DNA from: an uncultured Chloroflexia bacterium
Lineage (GTDB): Bacteria > Chloroflexota > Limnocylindria > Limnocylindrales > CSP1-4
Assembly (NCBI GenBank): GCA_963707215.1
Contig: CAVPPB010000003.1
Location: forward strand, 544,001-608,000
Direction: 5' to 3'
DNA length: 64,000 nucleotides
This document shows, in pieces, positions 38,046-48,054 of the stretch; positions within the stretch are counted from its first letter, which is position 1, and every line of letters begins with the position of its first letter. A program made the position numbers and the translations under genes. The notes under the pieces are model-generated. The model saw only the letters and a program-made list of their open reading frames with translations. It did not search any database and was not told the origin of the DNA.

Positions 38046-38924
38046 TCAGCGATGGCCGTGCTCTTCGGTAGCGAGCGGATCGACCGCGACACCGGACGCC
38101 AGGGCCGCTACGTCCTGCTCGTGCGTGGCAGATCCCCCGCGAGGGCGCGACACTCGCTGCGGGGCCACCGAGTCACGTCGAACAGCACGCAGGCTGCTGG
38201 ATGACACGAGCCAGAGGCCGTCGAGTGGCCCGGCCGGATCGGAGATCCATCGGCGGATCTCCCAGGCCCTCGCGGGGATGGCCGCCTCGAGGACGTCGGC
38301 CGCGGCACGCGTCCGACGCACGACCGTGCTGTCAGCCGGGGCCACGACCAGCCGACCGATCGCCGAGGGTCGCGCACCGAACCTCGCCGCGACGAGCTCG
38401 GGCGCGAGGCGGACCTTCACATCGAGGGTCCGAAGCATCGCCTCGACGGACGTGAGCTCGGTCTTGACCTCGACGACCAGCGCGGTCGTTCGACCGTGTC
38501 CATGGCTGGGCGGGCCGCGCCGACCATGGGGCCCCTTGTGCCGATCGCCGGCCTGGGTGGCCTGCCGGATCGCCAGCACGTCGATCGCTCCGCGCTCGCC
38601 GTAGACCGCGAACGTGACCTCGACGGCCGTCTCCCACCCACTGGCCCGCAGGTGCCGAACCACGAAGCCGACCAGCGCCGCGTGGCGCTCATCCAGGAGA
38701 CGATCCAGCGCGCCGCCGCGCCATCGTGGCTCGAGATCGACCCACGCATCGAGCGCCCCGAAGACGCGACGCAGGGTCGCCAGCGACGTCCCTTCGAGGT
38801 GACCGCGCTCGATGAGTGACACGGTGGTCTGGCCGATGCCCGCTCGGCTGGCCAGGTCGGCCTGGCGCCACCGCCTTCGGCGCCGGAGCGCCCGGACGAT
38901 CCGCCCGGCCCGAGCATCATGCAT
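38046..38924 (-). CDS. XRE-type HTH fused to a PD-(D/E)xK nuclease-like domain
   Basis: LRRRRRWRQADLASRAGIGQTTVSLIERG (HTH); VEVTF...GAIDVLA...LVVEVKT (E..D..ExK). Confidence 0.72.
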   Translation of the reverse strand: MHDARAGRIVRALRRRRRWRQADLASRAGIGQTTVSLIERGHLEGTSLATLRRVFGALDAWVDLEPRWRGGALDRLLDERHAALVGFVVRHLRASGWETAVEVTFAVYGERGAIDVLAIRQATQAGDRHKGPHGRRGPPSHGHGRTTALVVEVKTELTSVEAMLRTLDVKVRLAPELVAARFGARPSAIGRLVVAPADSTVVRRTRAAADVLEAAIPARAWEIRRWISDPAGPLDGLWLVSSSSLRAVRRDSVAPQRVSRPRGGSATHEQDVAALASGVAVDPLATEEHGHR

Positions 38925-39024
38925 CGTGCCAGTGTCGGGGCCGACGCTGCACGGAGACTGACCTGCCGCATCGCGCTGTGAGGCATCGATGACCGGTCCC
39001 GGCCGCGGTGGGCGCGACCCACGC

Positions 39025-40455
39025 CTAGGGTCGGGCCGCCTCGAGCTTGTCGAGGATGGCCCGGGTGATGCCCTCGAGGGGGATCCGCTCCTGGGTCATC
39101 GTATCGCGGTCACGGACGGTGGCCGCGCCGTCCTCGAGCGAGTCCACGTCGACCGTCACGCACCAGGGCGTGCCGATCTCGTCCTGGCGGCGGTAGAGCT
39201 TGCCGATCGCCGCGGTGTCGTCGTAGACGGCCATCGTGTGGCGCTGGAGCTCGGCCTTGAGCCGATGGCAGAGCTCGACGATCTCGGGGCGCTTCTTGAG
39301 CAGCGGCAGGACGGCGACCTTGTACGGAGCGAGCTCGGGATGGAGCCCCAGGACGACCCGCTTCTCGCCGCGGACCTCCTCCTCGCGGTAGGCGTCGATG
39401 AGGAAGGTGAAGGCGGCCCGGTCGGCGCCGGCCGAGGTCTCGACGATCCAGGGGATGTAGCGCTCCTCGGTCGCCGGGTCGAAGTACTCGAGGTTCTCGC
39501 CCGACGCCTGCGCGTGGCGACCGAGGTCCCAATCGCCCCGGTTGTGGATGCCCTCGAGCTCCTTCCAGCCGAAGGGGAAGCGGTACTCCACGTCGATGGC
39601 CTTCTTGGCGTAGTGGGCCAGCTCTGTCGGGCCGTGCTCGCGGAGGCGCAGCCGCTGGGGTGCCACGCCGTAGGCCTCGTACCAGGCCCGGCGGCGGGGC
39701 AGCCAGGCCTCGAAGTTCTCGGCCGCCGCGTCGGGCTTGACGAAGTACTGCATCTCCATCTGCTCGAACTCGCGCATCCGGAAGACGAAGTTGCCGGGGC
39801 TGATCTCGTTGCGGAAGGCCTTGCCGACCTGGGCGATCCCGAAGGGCAGCTTCTTGCGGGCCGTGTCGCGGACGTTCCGGTAGTTGACGTAGATGCCCTG
39901 GGCCGTCTCGGGGCGGAGGTAGACGACCGCTGCGTCCTCCTCGACGGGGCCGAGGAACGTCTTGAGCATGAGGTTGAACCGCCGCGGCGCGCCCAGCCGG
40001 GTGCCGTCGTTGGGACAGTCGAGGCCCAGGCGCTCGGCGATGCCGGGGTCGAGCAGCTCGTCGGGCGGCAGGTCCTCTGCCCCGGGCAGCTCGTCGACCC
40101 GGTAGCGCCGCTTGCACTCGGGGCACTCGACCATGGGGTCGTTGAACTCGGCGACGTGGCCCGAGGTGACCCAGACCTGCGGGGCCATGAGGATCCCGGC
40201 GTCGAGGCCCACGATGTCGTCGCGCTCCTGGACCATGGAGCGCCACCAGGCCCGCTTGACGTTGTTCTTGAGCTCGACGCCGAGGGGCCCGTAGTCCCAG
40301 ACGGCGTTGATGCCACCGTAGATCTCCGAGGACGGGAAGACGAAGCCGCGGCGCTTGGCCAGGCTGACGATGACGTCGAGGTCGGCGACGGTCGACCCGG
40401 GGTCGATGTCCCCGGTCTCCGGGGCGCGCTCGGCCGGGGTGGTCGGTTCGGTCAC
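39025..40455 (-). CDS. glyQS: Glycine--tRNA ligase (alpha2 type)
   Basis: AKRRGFVFPSSEIYGG, YLRPETAQG, GKAFRNEISP, FRMREFEQME, IGKLYRRQDEIGTP. Confidence 0.97.
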   Translation of the reverse strand: MTEPTTPAERAPETGDIDPGSTVADLDVIVSLAKRRGFVFPSSEIYGGINAVWDYGPLGVELKNNVKRAWWRSMVQERDDIVGLDAGILMAPQVWVTSGHVAEFNDPMVECPECKRRYRVDELPGAEDLPPDELLDPGIAERLGLDCPNDGTRLGAPRRFNLMLKTFLGPVEEDAAVVYLRPETAQGIYVNYRNVRDTARKKLPFGIAQVGKAFRNEISPGNFVFRMREFEQMEMQYFVKPDAAAENFEAWLPRRRAWYEAYGVAPQRLRLREHGPTELAHYAKKAIDVEYRFPFGWKELEGIHNRGDWDLGRHAQASGENLEYFDPATEERYIPWIVETSAGADRAAFTFLIDAYREEEVRGEKRVVLGLHPELAPYKVAVLPLLKKRPEIVELCHRLKAELQRHTMAVYDDTAAIGKLYRRQDEIGTPWCVTVDVDSLEDGAATVRDRDTMTQERIPLEGITRAILDKLEAARP

Positions 40456-40535
40456 GGGGTGGGCTCCACTGGGCGGCCGGCCGTGGCAGGGACGGCCGCG
40501 GGCTGGGGTCGGTGCCGTGATGCTAGCAGAGGCGC

Positions 40536-41726
40536 TCAGCCGGCCCCGGGCAGCGTCCCGGCCAGCAGCCGCAGGACGTTGCCGCCCATCACGGCGGCGA
40601 TCGCGTCGCGACCGAGGCCGACCGCCATCAGCGCCTGGGTGAGCTGCGGCAGCCCCGTCGCGTCGAAGGGGATCGCGACCGCCCCGTCGAAGTCCGAGCC
40701 AAGCGCGACATGGCCGATCCCGGCGACCTCGATGGCCCGGACGATGGCCCTGGCGATCGACGGGACGTCGCCGCCGCCGGTGACCGCGGGCCAGAAGCCG
40801 ACCCCGACCAGGCCACCCGTGGCGGCGATCCCGCGGACCTGGGTGTCGGGCAGGTTGCGGACCGAGTCGTGGACCGAGCGCAGCCCGCCATGCGAGACGA
40901 CGACGGGCCGACTCGCCATGCCCAGCACGTCGTCGACGGTGGCCGACGAGGCGTGGGCCAGGTCGATCAGCACGCCCCGCTCCTCGGCCCGGCGGACCAG
41001 CTCCTGCCCTGCCCCGGTCAGGCCGCCCTTGGCGGCCCCATGCGCCGAGCCGCAGAACGGCGTGTCGACGAAGTGGGCCGGACCCAGCATCCGGAAGCCG
41101 GCGTCGGCGAGGACGTCGAGGTTCGCGGGATCGCCCTCGAGCGGGGCGGCGCCCTCGATCGTGAGGATCGCCGCCGTGATGCCCGGGTCCTCCGCCCGAC
41201 GACCCAGGTACGAGACCAGCTCCTGGCGCGAGCCGACGATGGTCAGCCGACCGCCCGACCGAGTCGCCATGGCATCGGCCCGGGCGGCCAGGTACAGCGC
41301 CCGCTGCAGCGGGCTCCGCCAGGTCCGCACGGGCCAGCCGCCGGCGATCGCGACGAACAGCACGTCGTCGCTGGTGTCCGCGTTCCGGTCCAGGTCGAGG
41401 TGGCGGGGCACCCGGACCGCAGCGCTGAGCGCCTGGAGAGCGACTCCGCCCTCGATGAGCCGCGGGACGTCCACGTGGCCGCGGTCGCCCCGGACCAGAA
41501 GATCGCGGCCCCAGAGCAGCGCATCGGAATGGAGATCGGCCACCAGGAGCGAGGCGTGCAGCGCCCGTGCCTCGGCCGACGCCGGGTAGGGCCGCGGTCG
41601 GGTCGGGGCGTTCATCCGGGCCTCCGTCCGGGCGACCAGGCGCCGACCAGCGGCACGCGAGCCGGCCAGGGCGGCGACGCCGAGCGCCATCCCCAGCGCG
41701 GCCGCGGCGATCCCGCGACCGATCAC
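40536..41726 (-). CDS. Membrane dipeptidase (peptidase M19) with N-terminal anchor
   Basis: ADLHSD, GHVDVPRLIEGG, TIEGA, IDLAHAS, VVSH, HVALGSDFDG, MGGN. GTGA overlap with the recO stop. Confidence 0.9.
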   Translation of the reverse strand: MIGRGIAAAALGMALGVAALAGSRAAGRRLVARTEARMNAPTRPRPYPASAEARALHASLLVADLHSDALLWGRDLLVRGDRGHVDVPRLIEGGVALQALSAAVRVPRHLDLDRNADTSDDVLFVAIAGGWPVRTWRSPLQRALYLAARADAMATRSGGRLTIVGSRQELVSYLGRRAEDPGITAAILTIEGAAPLEGDPANLDVLADAGFRMLGPAHFVDTPFCGSAHGAAKGGLTGAGQELVRRAEERGVLIDLAHASSATVDDVLGMASRPVVVSHGGLRSVHDSVRNLPDTQVRGIAATGGLVGVGFWPAVTGGGDVPSIARAIVRAIEVAGIGHVALGSDFDGAVAIPFDATGLPQLTQALMAVGLGRDAIAAVMGGNVLRLLAGTLPGAG

Positions 41727-42583
41727 GGGGTCGTGGCCGGGTCGGGATCGGCGGCCGGGGACCCCGTCGTCGGCGCCTCCAGCGTCGGCACCTCCAGCGG
41801 CGGGCTCAGGGTCGCCCTGGCGTGGCCGGCCCGGACCTCGTCGAGGAAGCCGAGCGAGCGGGCCTCGCGCTCCAGGACGTAGCGGGCGAAGGAGCGCATG
41901 GCCTCCTCGACCTCCCGCTCCACGGCCGCCGGGATGCGAACGCTCGCCAGCGCCTCCACGTCGAGTCGCTGGTAGGCCTTGAGCACCTTGAGCGCCTCCA
42001 GGGAGAGCCCGGCGACCGATGCCGGGGGACCGGGGCAGCGCTCGCAGAGCGCCCCGCCCAGCGGCGGGACCCAGCGGAAGGAGCCCTCGGCCTCCAGCAT
42101 CCGGTCGCACTCCACGCAGCGGTCGACCTCGGGTCGGAGCCCCAGCTCATCGAGGAGGCGCATCTCGTACCAGCGGGCGACCCGGGCGGGGGCCATCCCG
42201 CCGTCGAGCAGTTCATAGGCCCGGCGCAGGAGGAGATAGACGGGCTCGGAGGCGTGGCGTTCCTCGAGGGATCGATCGGCCAGCTCGGCCAGGTACCAGG
42301 CCGTCGCCGCTGACTCGAGCTCGTCGCGCAGCCGGAGGAAGGCCCGACGGATGGCGACGCCCGTCACGACGTCGAAGGTGCGGCCGCGGATCAGATCGAG
42401 GTGGAGCTCGGCGAACGGCTCCACCGACCCGCCCAGGCGCGACTTCGGCCGGCGGACGCCCTTGGCGATGACCTTGAGCTTGCCGAGCTGGGGAGTGATG
42501 ACCGTCAGGACGCGGTCCGCCTCGCCAAGGTCGAAGCGGAACAGGACGATGGCGTCGGTCGCGTGGATCCGGGGCGTCGGCAC
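41723..42583 (-). CDS. recO: DNA repair protein RecO
   Basis: AIVL...LGEADRVL, IAKGVRRPKSRLGG..EPF, Zn finger CVEC...CERC. Confidence 0.93.
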   Translation of the reverse strand: MPTPRIHATDAIVLFRFDLGEADRVLTVITPQLGKLKVIAKGVRRPKSRLGGSVEPFAELHLDLIRGRTFDVVTGVAIRRAFLRLRDELESAATAWYLAELADRSLEERHASEPVYLLLRRAYELLDGGMAPARVARWYEMRLLDELGLRPEVDRCVECDRMLEAEGSFRWVPPLGGALCERCPGPPASVAGLSLEALKVLKAYQRLDVEALASVRIPAAVEREVEEAMRSFARYVLEREARSLGFLDEVRAGHARATLSPPLEVPTLEAPTTGSPAADPDPATTP

Positions 42584-42708
42584 GCTGCGACGGTAGCACC
42601 CGTCGAGCCGGGCGGCACCCGCCCCGCGAGCCCGGCGGCGACGCTCCGAGCACAACCGGCTACCCCGGATGGACACGTATCCAGCGAGCGGCGCTACACT
42701 TCGGCGCG

Positions 42709-43734
42709 ATGGCCTCGACGATCCCCGCCCTCGACCCGGCCCAGCTCCTCGCGGACACCGAGGCGGAGATCCTCCGCCTGGTCAGCGACCGCGACCCCTC
42801 CACCGCCGGGGTCTACGAGATGTGCCGGTACCACTTGGGCCTCGACGGCGACGGGGGTCGAGCCGGCAAGCGGATGCGACCGCTCCTGGGCCTGCTGGCC
42901 TACGCCTCGATCGCCGGTGATCATCGGCCGGCCCTGCCCGGCGCCGCGGCGGTCGAGCTGGGGCACAACTTCAGTCTCGTCCACGATGACATCGAGGACG
43001 GCGACGTCGAGCGCCGCCACCGGCCGTCGCTCTGGACGGTCCACGGCATCCCCCAGGCCATCAACACCGGCGACACGCTGTTCACCCTGTCGCGGATCGC
43101 CCTCCATCGCCTCTCGGACCTGGGCTTCAGCGATGCCAAGGTCCTCCGCCTGATGCGCCTCTACGACGAGACCTGCCTGCGCCTGTGCGAGGGCCAGTAC
43201 ATCGACATCTGGACCTCCGAGCACGACGAGACGATGTCGGTCGAGCTGTACTTCGACATGATCGGCCGCAAGACCGCCTCCCTCATCTCGGCCTCGATCG
43301 AGGCCGGCGCGCTCCTCGCGACCGACGACGAGACGGTCATCGCCCGCTACCGGGATTTCGGCTGGGCGCTCGGGCTCGCCTTCCAGCTCAACGACGACCT
43401 CCTGGGGATCTGGGGGGCCGAGCAGACGACCGGCAAGGAGCCCACGGACCTCGCCCGCCACAAGAAGACGCTGCCGGTCCTGTACGCCTTCGAGCACGCT
43501 GATGAGGCCGACCGGGCCCGACTCGAGGCGCTCTACCACGATCCGGATCCCAACCCCGAGGAGGTCGCCGAGGGGATGGCGATCCTGGAGCGGACCGGCG
43601 CCCGTGAGTACACCCGAGACGCGGCTCGCCGCTACCGGGACGAGGCGATCGCCGCGCTCGACGCCGCCGGGGTCGTCCAGCCGGCCGCCCGCGCCCGGAT
43701 CGAGGAGATCATCGTCTCCGTCATCAGCGCCTGA
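42709..43734 (+). CDS. Polyprenyl diphosphate synthase (GGPP-synthase-like)
   Basis: GKRMRP, NFSLVHDDIED..RR, EGQ..D, KTA, FQLNDD, KKTLP. Confidence 0.92.
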   Translation: MASTIPALDPAQLLADTEAEILRLVSDRDPSTAGVYEMCRYHLGLDGDGGRAGKRMRPLLGLLAYASIAGDHRPALPGAAAVELGHNFSLVHDDIEDGDVERRHRPSLWTVHGIPQAINTGDTLFTLSRIALHRLSDLGFSDAKVLRLMRLYDETCLRLCEGQYIDIWTSEHDETMSVELYFDMIGRKTASLISASIEAGALLATDDETVIARYRDFGWALGLAFQLNDDLLGIWGAEQTTGKEPTDLARHKKTLPVLYAFEHADEADRARLEALYHDPDPNPEEVAEGMAILERTGAREYTRDAARRYRDEAIAALDAAGVVQPAARARIEEIIVSVISA

Positions 43735-43740
43735 CGGCGA

Positions 43741-45073
43741 TCAGCGGCCGTTCGCCTCGACGTCCTCGTCGGCCGACGGGGACCGCACCGCCCGGACCTT
43801 GCCGACCCGCCGGCCATCGGTCGTCTCGACGGTCAGGGTGAGCCCGTCGACCGCGACCGTGTCGCCGGGGCTGGGCACGTCGCCGAGACGGTGGAAGATG
43901 AGGCCGCCGATGGTGTCGTACTCGTCCTCGTCCTCGAGGTCGAGCTCGATGTCGAACGCCTCCGCCAGGTCGTCGATGTCGGCCCGGCCGTCGATGCGGA
44001 CCTCGTCGTCGGACAGCCGGACGACGATGGGCTCCTCGACGTCGTACTCGTCCTGGATCTCGCCGACGATCTCCTCGAGGAGGTCCTCGATCGTCACCAG
44101 GCCGGCCGTCCCGCCGTACTCGTCCAGGACGATGGCGATGTGGACCTTGCGCCGCTGGAACTCGTGGAGGAGGTCGTCGATCGACATCGACTCGGGGACG
44201 AACACGGGCGTCCGGAGCAGCGTCCGGAGCGCCGGCCGGGCCTGGTCGTTCGCCAGCACGGGCAGGAGGTCCTTGGCATAGAGGAGGCCGACGATGGCAT
44301 CGACGGTGTCCTCGTAGACCGGGATCCGCGAGTGACCACCCTCGACGATCGTGGTCGATGGCCTGGTCGAGGGTCGCGTCGGCGGGCAGGGCGACCATCG
44401 CGGTCCGGGGGACCATGACCTCGTGGAGACGACGCTCGCCGAGCTCGATGACCGCGTGGATCATCTGCTCCTCCTCCGCCTCCAGGATGCCCTGTTCCCC
44501 TCCGCGCTCGACGATCAGCTTGAGCTCCTCGGCGCTGATGCGGGCCGCGTTCGAGACGTCCGCCCCCAGGGCGGTCGAGATGCGGCGAGTGATCCACGTC
44601 AGCGCCGACACCAGCGGGCCCAGGAGCCGGCCCATGACGTCGACTGGGCCGGCCAGCACGAGCGAGAAGCGGTCGGGATGAGCAAGCGCGAGGGACTTCG
44701 GGACGAGCTCGCCGAAGACGATCGTGAACAGGGCGACGAGGGCCGTGACGACGATCAAGGAGATCGGGCCAGCCAGATCGTCGGTCAGGCCGAACGAGAC
44801 CAGCGCGTCCTGGAGGACGACGACCAGGCTGATGGCGGCGAAGGCGGAGGCAAGGAAGCCGATGAAGGTGATCCCCAGCTGGATGACCGCCAGGAAGCGG
44901 CCGGGGTCGTCGACCAGGCGGCGGACCCGCAGGGCACCCCTGCTGCCTTCGTCGATGAGCTGCTCGATGCGGCTGCGGCGGATCGTCACCAGGGCGATCT
45001 CGGCCGCCACGAAGACGCCGTTGAGGAGGACGAGCAGGCCGATGATCGCCAACTCGAACCAGATCGAGCTCAT
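43741..45073 (-). CDS. Hemolysin-family CNNM(DUF21)/CBS/CorC membrane protein, +1 frameshift near 44353
   Basis: LNGVFVAAEIAL, QLGIT, FGELVPK, EVMVPR, then shifted HSRIPVY, AIVLDEYGGTAGLVTIEDLLEEIVGEIQDEYD. Confidence 0.88.
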
Positions 45074-46521
45074 CCGCCGGTCGACCCCCCTCCGCCGGGA
45101 GGCTCCGCGGATGGGGCGGCATCACCCGGGTCGGGCGCAGGCTCGACGGGGCGTGGGGGCCGCGGCTCGCGGATCCGGGCGGGGATGCCGACGGCCAGCT
45201 TGCCGGGCGGGACGTCGCGGGTGACCACAGCGCTTGCCCCCGTCCTGGAACCGTCGCCGAGGGTGACCGGCGCCCGGAGCATCGTGTCGACGCCGAGGAA
45301 GACCCGCTCCCCGATCGTGGTCCGGTGCTTGCTCACACCGTCGTAATTGGCCGTGATCGTGCCGGCGCCCACGTTCGTGCCGGCGCCGACCTCGGCATCG
45401 CCAAGGTAGCTCATGTGGTGCTGCTTCACGCCCCGCCCGAGACGGCTCTTCTTGAGCTCGGCGTAGTTGCCGATCTCGGCGTCGTCGCCGACCACCACTC
45501 CGGGTCGCAGGTGGGCGAACGGCCCGACCGTGACCCGGTCACCGACCTCCGACGACTCGAGGACGCTCGCCCAGACGACGCAGTCGCGGCCCACGACCGT
45601 GTCGACGACCTGGGAGCCGGTCCGGATGATGGTCCCCTCCCCCACCCTCGTCGTGCCACGGAGGACGACCCCGGGCTCGAGGGTGACATCCGCGGCCAGG
45701 TCGACCGTGGCATCGACGTAGACCGTGGACGGGTCGACCATCGTCACGCCGCGGCGCATCAACTCGAGGTTCAGCTCGGTCCGCATGTCCCACTCGGCCT
45801 GGGCCAGCTGGGCACGGTCGTTGATGCCGGTGAGTCGCCCGTCGTCCTCGACATCGACCGCGGTCACCAGCCGGCCGTCGGCGCGGGCCAGGCCGACGAG
45901 CTCGGTGAGGTACAGCTCGCCCGTCGCCGCCGAGGGCGTGAGGTCGTCGATGTGCTCCCGCAGCCAGCCGGCGTCGAAGGCATACACGCCGCCGTTGACC
46001 TCACCGATCTCCCGCTCATCGTCGGTGGCGTCCTTCTCCTCCACGATCCGGTCGACCGAGCCGGCGGTCGTTCGGACCACCCGTCCGAGCCCGGTCGGAT
46101 CGAAGGTCTCGACCGCCACCAGGGTCAGGACGGCCTCGTCGAGTCGGCGGGCTTCGAGGACGGCCGCCAGCAGCTCGGCCTGGACCCTCGGGATGTCACC
46201 CGAGACGACCAGGACCTCGTCGACCTGGGCCGGAACGGCCTCCAGGCCGGCGCGCAGCGCGTCTCCCGTCCCGAGGGGCTCGGCCTGGAGGGCGAACCCG
46301 GCCACGTCAGCGAAGCGCTCGGTCACCGCCTCGGTCGCCGGTGAGTAGACCACGATGGGCAGCTCCTCCGTCACGGCGGCCGCCGCGTCGATGACGTAGG
46401 CCAGCATCGGCCGGCCCAGGAGCGGGTGGAGGATCTTCGGCAGCCGTGAGCGCATCCGGGTCCCCAGCCCTCCGGCCATGACGACGGCCACGGTGCGACG
46501 CTCGCCGCTCGGCAGGGTCAC
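45070..46521 (-). CDS. glmU: Bifunctional UDP-GlcNAc pyrophosphorylase/glucosamine-1-P acetyltransferase
   Basis: MAGGLGTRMRS..PKILH, GTGDA, IVEEKDA, GELYLT, GPFAHLRPG, SYLGDA, GAGTITANYDG. Confidence 0.96.
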   Translation of the reverse strand: MTLPSGERRTVAVVMAGGLGTRMRSRLPKILHPLLGRPMLAYVIDAAAAVTEELPIVVYSPATEAVTERFADVAGFALQAEPLGTGDALRAGLEAVPAQVDEVLVVSGDIPRVQAELLAAVLEARRLDEAVLTLVAVETFDPTGLGRVVRTTAGSVDRIVEEKDATDDEREIGEVNGGVYAFDAGWLREHIDDLTPSAATGELYLTELVGLARADGRLVTAVDVEDDGRLTGINDRAQLAQAEWDMRTELNLELMRRGVTMVDPSTVYVDATVDLAADVTLEPGVVLRGTTRVGEGTIIRTGSQVVDTVVGRDCVVWASVLESSEVGDRVTVGPFAHLRPGVVVGDDAEIGNYAELKKSRLGRGVKQHHMSYLGDAEVGAGTNVGAGTITANYDGVSKHRTTIGERVFLGVDTMLRAPVTLGDGSRTGASAVVTRDVPPGKLAVGIPARIREPRPPRPVEPAPDPGDAAPSAEPPGGGGSTGG

Positions 46522-46618
46522 GGGGAAGGTCGCCGGATCGAGGCGCCGCGTCGGGTAGCCTGGTCGCCAGGGGCGCCGTCCGGCGATGGAGGTTCTGAGG
46601 TCATCGAAGGTGGGCGGT

Positions 46619-46648
46619 AGCGTAGGGGCGTCGACCGGAGGGTGTCAA
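46619..46648 (-). promoter_or_regulatory. Sigma70-type promoter upstream of glmU
   Basis: Minus strand TTGACA (46648-46643), 18-nt spacer, TACGCT (46624-46619). Confidence 0.7.
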
Positions 46649-46674
46649 CCGAGCCCGGCCGATCGTCGCCGGCC

Positions 46675-47067
46675 TCACGCCGGCTCCGGGCGCACGGCGA
46701 TCGCCTCGATCTCGACCCGGGCGCCCTTGGGCAGGGCGGCGACGGCCACCGTGGAGCGGGCCGGCGGCGGGTCGGGCATGAACCGGCCGTAGACCTCGTT
46801 GAAGACCGCGAACTCGGCCATGTCCACCAGGAAGCAGGTCGTCTTGACGACGTCGGCGAACCCGAGGCCGGCAGCATCGAGTACCGCGCCGAGGTTCCGG
46901 AGGGCCCGCTCGGCCTGCTCGGCGACGCCGCCATCCACCAGCTCGCCGGTCGCCGGCTCGAGCCCGACCTGGCCCGAGCACATCAGCAGCCGACCGGCGC
47001 CTATGGCCTGGCTGTACGGCCCGATGGCGCCGGGCGCCCCGGCCGTCGAGATCGAGTGGCGGTCCAT
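46675..47067 (-). CDS. ridA: RidA/YjgF enamine deaminase
   Basis: APGAIGPYSQAI, SGQ, VVKTT.FL, NEVY, PARSTV.V..LP..ARVEIE. Confidence 0.93.
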   Translation of the reverse strand: MDRHSISTAGAPGAIGPYSQAIGAGRLLMCSGQVGLEPATGELVDGGVAEQAERALRNLGAVLDAAGLGFADVVKTTCFLVDMAEFAVFNEVYGRFMPDPPPARSTVAVAALPKGARVEIEAIAVRPEPA

Positions 47068-47076
47068 GCGTCCCTC

Positions 47077-48054
47077 CTAGCCGATGATCGTGGTCGCCAG
47101 GATCGAGGCCGGGCTGTCGCCCGGGCTGACGATCCGACCCCCCCGCAGCGCGTCGTCGACCTGGCCTGCGGCCTCCTCGGCCGTGCCGAGAGAAGGATAG
47201 AGCGCCCAGAGGGTCGGGCCGGAGCCGGATTGGCCGATCGGGCGGCGGAGCAGGCGGGCCAGGGCGCGTCGGAAGCCCACCAGGTCGGGCACGACGGCGG
47301 CCGTCGCCGGCAGGAGATCGTTGGCGACCGCCAGGATCCCGGCGCGATCGAGGAGCGCCGAGGCGGTCAGGCCCCGCTCGAGCTCGGCGGCCAGGTGTTC
47401 GGACGAGGCCCGAGCGCTCCCCGCGACGGCCGGTCTGGCCCCGGCCGCGAAGGCAGCGAAGACAGCCGGTGTCGGCACGGACACGGCGGGCGTCACGAGG
47501 AGCAGCCCGACCGGCCCGCCGATCGGGCCGGGGAGCGTCCGGACGATCTCACCGCGGCCCTCGACGAGCGCCGGCCCCCCGGCCAGGAAGAACGGGACGT
47601 CCGACCCGAGCCCGGCGGCGACCCGGTGCCGGGCTCCGCGGTCCAGTTCGGCGCCCCAGGCCTCGAGGACCGCATCGATCGTCGCGGCCGCGTCGGAGCT
47701 GCCGCCGGCAAGCCCCGCGGCAACGGGGATCCGTTTCTCCAGGCGCGCGGCGAGGTGTGCCGGCATCCGCCCGGTCGGTCCGCCGATGCGACCGACCGCG
47801 ACCCGGGTCGCCACGATGGCTCGCAGGACCAGGTTCTCGGCGGCCGGGCCGCAGTCGGCGCCGGTCACGTGAAGGGTGTCGGCCTCGCCGACGGCGGGCG
47901 CCACGCTCAGCCGATCGGCGAGGCCGAGGGGCACCATCACCGAGTGCAGGGCGTGGTAGCCGTCCGGACGGCGTCCGACGACGGCGAGGGTCAGGTTCAG
48001 CTTGGCAGGAGCCAGGCGGACGATCGGATCCAGCCGGCCCGCAGGGTCGGTCAC
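47077..48054 (-). CDS. ispE: 4-diphosphocytidyl-2-C-methyl-D-erythritol kinase
   Basis: APAKLNL.L, DGYHAL.S, KRIPVAAGLAGGSSDAA, GSDVPFF, SGSGPT. Confidence 0.94.
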   Translation of the reverse strand: MTDPAGRLDPIVRLAPAKLNLTLAVVGRRPDGYHALHSVMVPLGLADRLSVAPAVGEADTLHVTGADCGPAAENLVLRAIVATRVAVGRIGGPTGRMPAHLAARLEKRIPVAAGLAGGSSDAAATIDAVLEAWGAELDRGARHRVAAGLGSDVPFFLAGGPALVEGRGEIVRTLPGPIGGPVGLLLVTPAVSVPTPAVFAAFAAGARPAVAGSARASSEHLAAELERGLTASALLDRAGILAVANDLLPATAAVVPDLVGFRRALARLLRRPIGQSGSGPTLWALYPSLGTAEEAAGQVDDALRGGRIVSPGDSPASILATTIIG

